Assembly (NCBI RefSeq): GCF_000142905.1
Contig: NW_013657658.1
Location: forward strand, 62,001 to 126,000
DNA from: Thecamonas trahens ATCC 50062
Taxonomy: Eukaryota; Protista; Apusomonadida
DNA: 64,000 nt
Reading direction: 5' to 3'
Part shown: piece by piece, positions 33,320-43,699 of the stretch
How the letters are laid out: each line of letters starts with the position of its first letter
How positions within the stretch are numbered: position 1 is the stretch's first letter
The notes under the pieces: generated by a model
Database searches by the model: none
Told to the model about the DNA's origin: nothing
The model's input: the letters and a program-made list of their open reading frames with translations, nothing else
Program-made: the position numbers and the translations under genes

Positions 33320-36300
33320 CTACATGAAGCGCGAGAGGAACTTGCGCCCAAACTTGGAGGAGAGCAGCTTGACCTTCATGTCGCTCTTGTTCTTCTTGAG
33401 GATCTCCATCTTGGCAGCAAAGACAGCCTCGGCCTCGGCCTCGGATGGCGCCGCCGCTGGGTGGTGCGCTGCATCGCCGAGGAGGACCCGCATCTTGAGC
33501 GCAGTCGGGCCAGAGACCAGCGCCTTGCACTGCTTGACAAACGGCTTGTTGTTGGAAGGTCGAGCAGGCTCTCATACTCTTCGATGAGCTGTTTCTGCCG
33601 GAGACGGACCGACTTGTGGCGCTTCCCCAGCTCGCGCGATGACTTGCGGAGCCGGAGAAGAATGACATAGACCGGGATGCCGAGCTCCGGCGCCGAGTAT
33701 CGGGCTTTGTCGGCCTTGGCCTCGGCCACAAGATGGGAGAGCCGCGGCACGTTGAAGATGCACGACCTGTACTCGTTCTTGAGATCGTAGTACACCGCAG
33801 CCGCGATCAGGTTCACAAAGCTCGCAGAAATGAGCTCGCCCTTCTTGCCCACCATCGAGATCTGAAGGAGTGGTGTGGCGCCGTTGCCGCAGCAGGCATC
33901 TTTCAGCATCTGGAGCTTGCGATTGAACGAGATGGTGGCCAAAATGCCTGCTACGCCCTGCAAGGTCCGTGACGGGTGCCGGAGAATGGTCGCGCCGTCG
34001 GCGCCGACGGTGATATCCGGAGCGCTTTCTGAAGCAGTTGCTGGGACCGGGGCTGGGGCCGGGGCCTCACCATCGGCGCCCTCGGCGTCGGCCGCCCCTG
34101 GAAGCGCGTCCGGGTCCACATCTCCCAGCAGCGCAGTGATGTTGACGAGTCGGATGTTCGTGGCAAAGCGGCAGATCTCGATGTCCAGCTCGCCGTACAT
34201 CCACTTGCGGGACTTGAGCTTGCGGATGTCCTCTCGCACTTCGGCGACGCGAACGCGATGGAACTGATCGTCGCGCTGGTGCTCGGCGGCTAGGTCGTGG
34301 GCACGGCGGAAGATGTTGTACGCGTTCGGCTCTGCTCCCGGCAGGTGGTGGTTGGCAAAGGCCTGGCCCTTGAGGGTGATGACTTCGGCGTCAGAGAAGA
34401 GAACGTCAGAGAGGTTTGCCGAGGGAGCGCCGACGAGCAACATGCCCGAGTTTGCCTCACCGACCTTGCGACGAGAGTGCATGGACTGGAAGCACGGATC
34501 GCAGACACGGGTCTTGCTCACCTTGGTGGTGCCGGGGTGATTCATCATGACCTTGTGCGGCGAGCACGAGCCGCACACCAGCTTGCCGCACATCCGGCAG
34601 TGATGGCGGCGGAACATGCCAAGCTCCTTGGATTTGCACACCTGACAACGCTTGGTTGCGTTGTCGGGCGTCATCTGCTCGGGGTGAAGCGCAACCGGGA
34701 ACCGCTCGTGGACTGCCTTGTGGCGAGCAGCAATGTCCTCGCGGTCGTCACCGGCGGTGGCGGCCTGGGCCTCGGCCTCAAGCCGGCTCGCCATCTCGGG
34801 ATCGCAATGGCTCTGAATGACCGCTGGGGTCACGTACTTGAGATCGTCCACCCTCGCCAGAGGAAAAACGACGCAGCCCTTTGGGTAGCGCCCGATCCAG
34901 GCGGCAGGCTCGTCGTCGGCGCCAAGCTCGAGCGATCCGCCCTCGCTTGCAATGTCCCAAAAGTCGTATGAAATACCGAGGAGACCAAAGATGGAGGCCC
35001 AGAGGCGAATGCTCTCTTTGGTCACGCCCGGCGCTGTCACAAACAGCGCGTCCTTCGGCGATTCATCAACGCTGTAGACCGGCGCCACACGGGTGTAGAG
35101 CTCAACCTTCTGCACCGCGCTCCCTGCGTAGCAGAGCGAGATGGCCCAATGACCTTCGGAGAAAAGCTCCGAGTCGGACGGGACGGCCATCGACGCGGTG
35201 AAGCTCGAGCTCCCCTCAACAGGCGCCCACTCGGTGGTGAGCCACCCGTCCGGGGCGCGGAGCTGGAGCTCGTAGTCCTGGCCAAGAGCCACGCTGCGCT
35301 GGCCCAGCACCGCTACATCTGCGGTGACTACGACTTGCTCGCCCGGCCGGACGCCTGGTGGGCCGCGGATCTCGGCTAGAACAACCGGGAAGAAGAGCGG
35401 GATGGTGCGGACACAGGCACCGGTCGGCACACCAGCGACAAGGACACGGATGCCAAGGACCAGGTGGCGGAGAGGCGGCAGCGCGCTCAGCTCCTGGCTG
35501 TTGGCCGGTAGCACAATCGTGATCGAGCCCTCGAGCACAGCCCGTCCACCAATGGCTAGCCGGCCGACCGGAAGCGACGAATGCGAGCCGCTGGCGACCG
35601 CCAGGGGAGACTCATCGGGGAGGAACGGAGCGACGGAGACATGCTGGGCCGGCGACGGCAGGCCGCCCACGTTTTCAACGGTAATGCCGGAGATGGCCAC
35701 GGCCGAGCCTGGCTCAAACAGGCCAGACGGTGCGAGCGGGGCGATGGTCATCTCGTCGATGACAAGCGCGTACGAGGCAAGCGACTCGGAGACCACGCGG
35801 GTTGGATCGTCGTCGGCGACGACGCGGAATCGCTGCTCGCCATCACGGCCGCGAGTGCCGGCCGGCGAGCCGGCGCGGCCGCTCGAGCCCGAGTTCCCCG
35901 AGCGTCCACTTGGTCCGGTGCTCCCGTTGGAGCCGTCTCGGCCGTCCGAGCCCGGTCCGTCAAAGACCCCGCGCGAGCACTGGCCACACCGGTTACCGGC
36001 CGACATCTTGCCGCCCGGATACGCGCCGCACGACTTGCAGAACGTGGTGTGGCAGTACGGACAGACAGCGCCGGTGTTGCCAGCGCATCCAATCGGGCAC
36101 GGCCGCGAGCTAGTGTTTGGGTTGGGGACGGCAGCGCCGCCAGCTCCGCCAGCTCCGCCGGCTCCACCTGCGCCCGCCGCTCCACCTGCGCCTGCTCGGC
36201 CGGCCCGCCCGGCGTCTCCGCCGGCGCCGCCGTCGACCCGGGTGTCGAGCAAAGCCAGAAGATGCATATCGCTCTCTGCCACAGTGACCACGATGGAGCC

Positions 36301-36996
36301 GCCGTTGCCGCCGTTGCCGCCCGCGCCGCCATTGCCGCCGTCGCCGCCACCCGCCCCATTGCCGCCCCATCCACCGTCCTTGCCGCTTGTGCCATCACTA
36401 CCTCTCTTGCCGTACTCCGTGGCCGCCTGCCCGGCGCGGCCAGGCTCGCCGGCGCCACCAGTGCCACCGGCGCCGCCATCACCGCCGTCGCCGCCAGCAC
36501 CGCCGTCGCCGCCGTCGCCGCCGCGAGCATCGAGCACGGCAATAGCTCCAGGAGGGAGCGAGATCGGGGCATCTGCCACGCCAGCTAGCACCAAGGCACC
36601 CGGCTCGCCAGAGACGCGCACCTCGAGACGTCCGCCGTCGCCGCCGTGGCCAGCATCGCCGGCGTCTCCGCCATTGCCGCCTGGCCTTCCATTTCCGCCG
36701 ACCCCCGCAGGGTACCCGCCATCACTTCCTGGGCTCCCAGAATTGCCGTCGCCACCATCGTTGCCGCGAGCGCCGTCGTTGCCGCGAGCAGAGAAAACAG
36801 ATCCTTCCAAAGTAGAGCAGGTGGACGGCTCGTGCTTCGAGCGGACCGCCAGCGGAAACGTGACATCGAGCGGCGAAGGCATGGCCTCGCCCTGCGGCGC
36901 AAGGGCAAGCACACCCGGCGGCAGACGTTCGTGCCCTTGCTCACAACCCTGCTCGCCCACTTGGTTGCTCGTCGAAGGCCCGGCTTTGTCCGCCAT
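33320..36996 (-). CDS. Gly-rich (PGRS/collagen-like) repeat protein with a Cys cluster, Ig/CARDB-like beta domains and a FYVE zinc finger; frameshift at about 33555
   Basis: Long GxxGGxGG tracts; CPIGC...CPYC..FCKSC...CGQC; FYVE CQVC...FRRHHCRMCGKLVCGSCS...RVCDPC. Adding one base at 33555 gives the plausible C-terminus NNKPFVKQC...KFGRKFLSRFM* ending at 33320. Confidence 0.8.
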
Positions 36997-37377
36997 GGCT
37001 ATGTTTGAGCTAGAAGAGAGAGATACTCGCACAAAGCCAGTTGGCACATCACACCGACGGAGCGGAGGGGGGGGTGGGGGGGGGGGTGGCGGAGGGGATT
37101 TTTTTGTGGCAGACAGCATCTGCCGGGAAACAGTTGAAGCCCAAGAGCCAGCCCAGCCAGCTAGCTCCTGTGCCACTTCATCACCACCGCAAACAGTGAG
37201 ACAGTCACACACACGCACACACACGCACACACACCACCACACCACCACACCACCACACACCACACACCACAAAACAACCGCCGCCTAGTTCCCGCCGCCT
37301 GGATCACTGGTTCTGGTCACACACCCCATCCCCATCCCCCTCTCCCCACTCCACCTCCCCGTTGGCGCCAACTGGAC

Positions 37378-38778
37378 ATGCCGTCGGCGCTGGCAAAGTC
37401 GATTGCGCGCGAGGCGGCGGTTATGGGCATCACGGCGCGGGATGGACGGGAGAGACAGAGGCAGAGGAAGGAAGGACGGAAGGAACGCCACCGGGCACCG
37501 TCTTCACTGGCTGCGGCGGTCAAGCGTATTGTGGGGCCCGGGCGGTCGTCGCTCTCGTACGACGCGACCTTGTCCAATCTGGCAGCCGAGTCGGCGACGA
37601 CGCTGAGCTCGGCGCTGTCGCGAGCAAGGGCGCAGCAGACACGGGTAGCGCGGGTATTGCGCAGCTCGCGGCCATCGCCGTCGCTCCGGCGCGTCCGATC
37701 GCCGCACGGCTCCCCCCACGGATCGTCATACGGCTACGAGTCCGAAAACGACAAGGCCTCCCGCGATGCGCGCCGGCGGCGGACGGCACGGAGAAGGGGG
37801 CGGCGGCCATCGATTGTAGACGCATCGAGCGCTGCATCGGCTGACATTGAGCACGCGGCGACGCTTCGGTCGCGCATGTCTGTACGGCGAAGGGCCACGG
37901 CGGGCTCGTCGCCGGCCAGCGGATCGGACTTTCGGGACTCAGGGCTCGAGTCTGTGGCGGCGTGGGTCTCGCCCATTGCGCGGCAGCGCGAGAGCTCGCC
38001 CATTGCGCGACGGTACGAATCCTCGCCCGGCGTGCCGCGGCCAAGACAAGGTGAGCGCGCGGGTCGGACGCAGTCGCCGACGGCGATGGCGCTGCAGTCG
38101 GAGAATGAGAAGCTCAAGCAAGAGAACAAGATGCTCCGCGAGAGCGTAGAGGCGGCCGAAGCCGAGCTCGAAACTGCGATGGCCACCATGGTCGAGCTTC
38201 GCAACCAGGCAACAGCACTCAAGTCGCAGGTGCGCTCGCATGGCGGAGCGTCTGCGACAGAAGCAACTCTGCGGCGCGAGCTGGCGGCGGCGCGGCGCGA
38301 GCTGGCAGAATCGCGGAAGCGCAGCCCCGTCAGAGGCGTGGCAGCGGATGCGGCGATGGAGGCTGAGCTTGCAGCAGAGGTCAAGCGGCGGTTTGTGGCG
38401 GAGGAGCGGGCAGAGGAGCTCAAGGGCGGACTGGACGCCATGAAGGATCGGCTCTCTACGCTCACCATCTCGATGCGGGAGCTCGAAGCGGCGTCGCAGG
38501 CGAATGTGTGCGGAATATGCCGTGGGAGAGGCGGGCTGTCCCGGGCGTCAACGCTGTCGATGACGGATCTGCGGCAGGAAACCGGTGGCGGCAGAGGCTC
38601 GCACGGGATGTCGCGCGAGCAGGAGATTGCGATCCGGCAGCGCGACGAGGCAGTGGCAGAGGTCCAGCGACTTCGGCGTGAACTGGCGACAAACGCCGAG
38701 AGGCTGGCAAAGAAGGACGCAGGACTGCGTGCGGTGACGCGGCAGTTGAAGGCGTTGCGATCGCAGTTGGGGCCGTAA
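37378..38778 (+). CDS. Hypothetical coiled-coil protein
   Basis: 466-aa ORF with a Ser/Arg-rich N-half and heptad-rich C-half (LQSENEKLKQENKMLRE). Confidence 0.7.
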   Translation: MPSALAKSIAREAAVMGITARDGRERQRQRKEGRKERHRAPSSLAAAVKRIVGPGRSSLSYDATLSNLAAESATTLSSALSRARAQQTRVARVLRSSRPSPSLRRVRSPHGSPHGSSYGYESENDKASRDARRRRTARRRGRRPSIVDASSAASADIEHAATLRSRMSVRRRATAGSSPASGSDFRDSGLESVAAWVSPIARQRESSPIARRYESSPGVPRPRQGERAGRTQSPTAMALQSENEKLKQENKMLRESVEAAEAELETAMATMVELRNQATALKSQVRSHGGASATEATLRRELAAARRELAESRKRSPVRGVAADAAMEAELAAEVKRRFVAEERAEELKGGLDAMKDRLSTLTISMRELEAASQANVCGICRGRGGLSRASTLSMTDLRQETGGGRGSHGMSREQEIAIRQRDEAVAEVQRLRRELATNAERLAKKDAGLRAVTRQLKALRSQLGP

Positions 38779-38878
38779 ACAGGGACCAAATGTGGCCAAG
38801 GCCATGTTGCGGCCTCAGTCAGCGGGGAGATTGGCCACGAGCTCGCCACCTGTCGCGCCTTCCCCACCCCCTCCCTCC

Positions 38879-39595
38879 ATGGCCGCCAGACGCCATGGGC
38901 GCCCTGTCTATTGCACATACGACGACTCGAACGGCGGACGGGTCAAGGCTCGCCAAGAGTGGCGCGACTGCCTCACCTGCGCCGCCTCGGCCTCGACTCG
39001 CTGGTTCCGTGTCTGTGCCGTCTGTGCCACCGCCTGCCACCCCGATCACCAGCTCGGCCCCGTCCACGCCTCGCGCATCGTCTGCGACTGCGCCACCCAT
39101 CCGGCCTGCATCATGCGCATCGAGAATGCAAAGTCTGGCGGTGCTGTTTGGAGTATGGCCCCCCCTGCCGCCACCGCCGCCGGGCAAATGTCGTCGTCGA
39201 TCCGGACGGAGAGTCAGTCCTCGGCTGCTCCCCCCCATCCGTCGCTCTCTGCTGCCCGTACTGCTGGTCTTGCACGTGGGCATTCGCCAGACGTAGTTGA
39301 CCTCGTCATTGCTGCTCTCGCCGCAGCTGGCTCGGGTGAGGTCGAGACCGAAGCAGTCCTTGCCCAGCTCGCCTCCCTTGCCGATGCATCCACGCCAAGT
39401 GCCGCTGGCGAGTGTGGCGCTGGCAGTGATGACGACAACGAGTGCGTCATCTGTATGGATGCCTCCCGCGAGCTTGCTGTTGTTCCTTGCGGCCATCGGT
39501 GCCTCTGCCGCGGGTGCGGAGCGCCGGGTGCGCTTGACGCGTGCCCGATGTGTCGAGGACCTGTCGAGGGCTATGTCCGGATCTTTGACGTGTAG
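38879..39595 (+). CDS. UBR-box-type zinc finger plus C-terminal RING-HC, putative E3 ligase; alternative start at 38804
   Basis: CTY...QEWRDCLTC...VCAVCATACHPDH...CDC, then CVICMD...VVPCGHRCLC.GC...CPMCRGPVEGYVRIF. Confidence 0.85.
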   Translation: MAARRHGRPVYCTYDDSNGGRVKARQEWRDCLTCAASASTRWFRVCAVCATACHPDHQLGPVHASRIVCDCATHPACIMRIENAKSGGAVWSMAPPAATAAGQMSSSIRTESQSSAAPPHPSLSAARTAGLARGHSPDVVDLVIAALAAAGSGEVETEAVLAQLASLADASTPSAAGECGAGSDDDNECVICMDASRELAVVPCGHRCLCRGCGAPGALDACPMCRGPVEGYVRIFDV

Positions 39596-39611
39596 CGGTG
39601 GACGCATTTAT

Positions 39612-42035
39612 TTACTCCTTGCCGTCCCCCATCCACAGCCACGTCGTCGCAAATGGCGCAAACAAGACGTCATAGTTCTTGACCTTGTGCCGCGCCCTGA
39701 ACTCCAGCGGGTCCACGCTCTCCTTAGGCGGCATGAGTGTCAGACCAACGTCGATGTGGCCGAGCTGGCGATAGGCGTCGGTGACCACCCTTTCGCCAGT
39801 GTATTCGTCGCTCGCCTCCTTCTTGGCAGCCTTGGTGAACGCAGGCGCCTCGTCATGAAGCTGGAACCAGCGAAAGAGTGCCTGTTGGAGTGGACTGTAC
39901 GGATTCCGGGGGCAGCTCCGCCGCGGAAAGACATCGTATGCTGCCTGGGCCACGCTCAACACCTCGCTCTTGTTGAGCTGCTCCACGTCGCAGCCCGGAA
40001 AGCCGAGCACGGCGCCGATGCTGGCCACCTTGAGTAGGCCTGTCATCACATCTGCAATGTTGCTCTCAAAGTGTGCCATGGTCGCCTCGCGCTTCCGAAA
40101 CTTGACCAACAACGTGATCACAAACCGGATCCACTGCGGGAGACCGCGGCCGCTTGTGTGCAACCTCTCCAGCGCATCCTGCTTGCCTGTCTTGCTCGTA
40201 GCACCCACACTGGCCACGGCGGCTGGCGCACTCTCACTCACTGACGACTCATTGCCGCTCCTGCCCGAGTCGGACCCGGCCTCATCGGACATAAAGTCGT
40301 CGCTGCTTCCATCCCCTTCCGGCGCAGCCACCACACTCGACGACGACCCGCCCAACGGCTCATCATCGTCGAGCACAATCACGTCCTGCTGCCCGCCTTC
40401 ATCCATACGCCCAACTCCCTTGGCTGGCGCAAAGCCGAGCGCAGACAAGGACCAGTTCTCGATCGCTCTCGCTTTGCCTGTCACCGAGCTCTGGATTGTG
40501 CGTAACTTGTTGACGACCAGCGGCCGGCAGTAGAACAGACCCCCCGCGCCCAGCCGCTTCAGCACCGAAAGGAGCACATCCGCCTCGCAGTCGGCTGACG
40601 AGAGCGTCAACCATTCCACCAGCGCCACCTGCACCGCGCTCGCATTCACCTCGGTCGTGTGTTGGGGATACTTGTCCAGCTTTGCTCTGCTCAGCTCACT
40701 GACCGCCAACTTGATGGCTTCCACGCTCACCGTCGTCTTGCCCATCGCCTGGATACCGAGCAAGTCCAGCAATTGCGACACCTTCTGCGCCCAGGAGTGC
40801 AGCTTGACCAGCTTGGTCTTGCCGAGCCACGCATCCGGCCCCTTCTGTCGCACGCCAGCCGCCAGCATGTACATCAGCGGCCGCGGAAGGCGGTGCCTGC
40901 GCACATTCTCAGTCACCTCGGGAACAACCGCGTGCCCGGTCTCGGCCTCATCTTCGTCCTCGGCCTCAGCATCGTCCTCGGCATCGTCTTTGTCCTCGCC
41001 CTCGTCCACCCCAGCAGCCGTGGCCTCGTCCTTGACCATACCCTCGGCCGCGGCCTCCTCCGACATGCTTTGCGGCTCGTACTCGGACTCGTCTCCACTC
41101 TCGTTACTCTCCTCAACAGCCAGTAACGGCGACGGGAACGCCATCTCTACGAGCAAACTGCCTGACAATGTCCGCTTTGGCACAAACTTCTTGTTGGTGA
41201 TGGCAATCTTTCGCGACGTGGATGACAACGACAACCCCGCCCGCCGCCCTGTGGGCAATGAACGGCGCTGTCCTCCTCCCCCTCCGGTTGCAACCTCGGC
41301 AATAGACTGGCCATGCCCGTCGTCGCTCGAGTCCGACACACTGGCGGCCTCGGCCTCGCCCGAGAGCGACGACGAAAGCGCCGATGACGGGCGCGACGAC
41401 GACGACAAAGCCGACCCCGACGCTGACCCCGACGCCGAATACTCACCCTTTTCCTCAGACTCCTCATCGCTGCCGGCCTCTGGCGGCGGCGTGGCCTCCA
41501 CAAAGGCGATCGGACCACTTCGCACTGCCAGAGCCCTGTTTCGCTTAGCCGGGCGTCCGGCAATGACAGGCGCCGAATCGGTCCCAGCCGCCAACAGCCG
41601 CCGCTTCCGCACCGCATGCCGCACCGGCGAAATTATGTGCCCAAGGCCGAGGCCCGGAGCCAGATGCGGGGCGTCAAACGCATCTGCGCTCGTCACTGCG
41701 GCGTAGAGGGCATCGCCAAAGGCGTAGATGACCAGCGCTGAGAGGTTGTCGAGGTGGCCAAACAGAAGCGGAGAGGCTGCTGATCGCCTCATCTTGACGA
41801 CGCACGAGCGAGTGAGCCCGTGACTACCCTTGTCGTTCTTGATCTTGTAGTCAGGCATAAATAGCAGGTGCGGCTGAGCTGGCAGAGGCGCCCACGACAG
41901 ATGTACCGTCACTCCCTCCTCGCCCACCATCAGAGGCTGGCACCGTCCCAGCGCCACCAGATTCAGAACACCCTCTGTAGCCATGCCCTCCAACGTGTAG
42001 CCCACAACCTCTCCCTGAACCGACATCGACCCCAT
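39612..42035 (-). CDS. Hypothetical ~800-aa protein with acidic/Ser-rich linkers
   Basis: Long uninterrupted ORF with globular-looking segments; no family recognised. Confidence 0.7.
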   Translation of the reverse strand: MGSMSVQGEVVGYTLEGMATEGVLNLVALGRCQPLMVGEEGVTVHLSWAPLPAQPHLLFMPDYKIKNDKGSHGLTRSCVVKMRRSAASPLLFGHLDNLSALVIYAFGDALYAAVTSADAFDAPHLAPGLGLGHIISPVRHAVRKRRLLAAGTDSAPVIAGRPAKRNRALAVRSGPIAFVEATPPPEAGSDEESEEKGEYSASGSASGSALSSSSRPSSALSSSLSGEAEAASVSDSSDDGHGQSIAEVATGGGGGQRRSLPTGRRAGLSLSSTSRKIAITNKKFVPKRTLSGSLLVEMAFPSPLLAVEESNESGDESEYEPQSMSEEAAAEGMVKDEATAAGVDEGEDKDDAEDDAEAEDEDEAETGHAVVPEVTENVRRHRLPRPLMYMLAAGVRQKGPDAWLGKTKLVKLHSWAQKVSQLLDLLGIQAMGKTTVSVEAIKLAVSELSRAKLDKYPQHTTEVNASAVQVALVEWLTLSSADCEADVLLSVLKRLGAGGLFYCRPLVVNKLRTIQSSVTGKARAIENWSLSALGFAPAKGVGRMDEGGQQDVIVLDDDEPLGGSSSSVVAAPEGDGSSDDFMSDEAGSDSGRSGNESSVSESAPAAVASVGATSKTGKQDALERLHTSGRGLPQWIRFVITLLVKFRKREATMAHFESNIADVMTGLLKVASIGAVLGFPGCDVEQLNKSEVLSVAQAAYDVFPRRSCPRNPYSPLQQALFRWFQLHDEAPAFTKAAKKEASDEYTGERVVTDAYRQLGHIDVGLTLMPPKESVDPLEFRARHKVKNYDVLFAPFATTWLWMGDGKE

Positions 42036-42183
42036 GTCCACCACTACGGCGACCTCTGCGCAATCACAAAGAGAGGTGGCTTCCACCACCACCACCCCCT
42101 CCCCCCTCCCCGTGGCCCCAGAACAGTGCCTGTGTGTGTGGCCCGGCAACCCCGGTGGCTGCCCGGACCACTCGCAAGTCGCC

Positions 42184-42573
42184 TTAACCATTTTTCGGTA
42201 CGGAATGAGCAAATTCGTCCATCGCCGTCCCGCGACGCTCCATACACGTCGCATCGTCCATCAATCGCGGTAGAAGAGTAGTACAATGTGTTAATGGCTG
42301 CCACAACAGAAAACAGTCGGCGATGCAGAGATGGACGCCGCACGCGGCGCACAAGGTCCGCGGCCGGCATCGCTTACCATGAAGCTTCCGGCAGGCGAGG
42401 CAATCACATCGCAGAGCGGCTTGCTGGGTAGAGTGGTGATGACGAGCGGCCGCTGCAGAGGGACGCTCCCGCTTGCGCGACGGCGCGGAGCTGACGGCGT
42501 CAAGCACCATCGAGTTGTTCACTTTGAGACGCGCGCGACAAAGCGTCCGAACGACCGTACCGCTAAATGATAA
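42184..42573 (-). mobile_element. Internally deleted non-autonomous piggyBac-like element
   Basis: TTAA at 42184-42187 is followed by CCATTTTTCGGTACGG. An inverted copy (13/15 identical) lies at 42555-42569, followed by ATAA. The internal minus-strand peptide CLAC...RTLCAACGVHLCIADCF matches the piggyBac transposase C-terminal Cys-rich domain. Confidence 0.75.
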
Positions 42574-43012
42574 CTCTTTGCGAGAGAGCGGACGTCACAC
42601 TCTGCATAGACTAGGCTGGCCGGTTGGGGCATGGAGACAGAGCCTGCGATGATCGACGATTGACGGCAGGACATGGGCCACGGCGGCACTACTGGACTGA
42701 TGGCCAGCAGCACGCCACCTCGCCCGGCTGTTCAGTGCCTTGCGATGAGCGGCAGGGTTCTGGCAGAGATGACGAGGATTCAAGCCGAGATGGACAACCA
42801 CGCCTGTGATGTGTACGGCATGATCAGATGGTGCCCGGAGACGACGTTCTGCCGTGTGTGGAGTTTAGACGGAGAGTGGCCAGCGCGGTCACGAGGGGCG
42901 GAGGGGGGGGGGGGGGGCTGACGCAGTGCTGGCGACCGGCGACGACGGCAGGCTGGGTTGTACAGGGTCAAGGGAGGGAGGGAGAGAGGAGGACGACGGT
43001 GTTGTGCACACC

Positions 43013-43474
43013 TTACTTGGACTCTGCGCAGAAGGCGGCGTAGGCGTCGGCGTCCATGAGGCTCTCCAGCTCGTCGGGCTTGGCGATGGCAAGCTGAACC
43101 ATCCAGCCGTCCGACTCGGCAGCCGAGTTGACGAGGCCCGGGTCCTCCTCGAGGGTCTCGTTGACGGAGACGACCGAGCCTGTGATGGGCGCATAGACGT
43201 CCGAGGCGGCCTTGGTCGAGTCAACGACAGCAAAGGTCTCGCCCTCGTCAAACTCGTCGCCCACGTCGGGCAGCTCGACGTACACGATCTCGCCGAGTGC
43301 GTCCTGGGCAAAGTCGGTGATACCGACGGTGGCTGTCTCGTCCTCGACGCGGATCCACTCATGGTCCTTGGAGTACAGAACGTGGGCAAGGCGGGCAGGC
43401 GCCATAGCACCCACGGCAGTGGCCATGCGAAGCCCAAGGCCCGCGCTGGCAGTAGAGGTAAACAGCCGCAGCAT
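43013..43474 (-). CDS. GCSH: Glycine cleavage system H protein, mitochondrial
   Basis: Transit-like N-terminus, YSKDHEWI, VGITDFAQDALGEIVYVELP, lipoyl-Lys motif DSTKAASDVYAP, and N...E..GW. Confidence 0.95.
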   Translation of the reverse strand: MLRLFTSTASAGLGLRMATAVGAMAPARLAHVLYSKDHEWIRVEDETATVGITDFAQDALGEIVYVELPDVGDEFDEGETFAVVDSTKAASDVYAPITGSVVSVNETLEEDPGLVNSAAESDGWMVQLAIAKPDELESLMDADAYAAFCAESK

Positions 43475-43699
43475 GAGAAAGTAACTGGTGACCGAAATCC
43501 AAAGAAAACTGTGCTGCCGCCTCAGGCCAACGCAACCGCCGCTCGGCCGCCGGTGACGGCGAGTGACGCCGTCGCGCGGCCGTCGGTGACATGAGCATTC
43601 ATTACTTGCTGCTGTGAAGGAAGTCGGCGGAGACTACAACCTGTGGTCAAACAACAACTCCATTGGTAGAATGGCTGTACCTCGACCGGCGGTCGCCTC

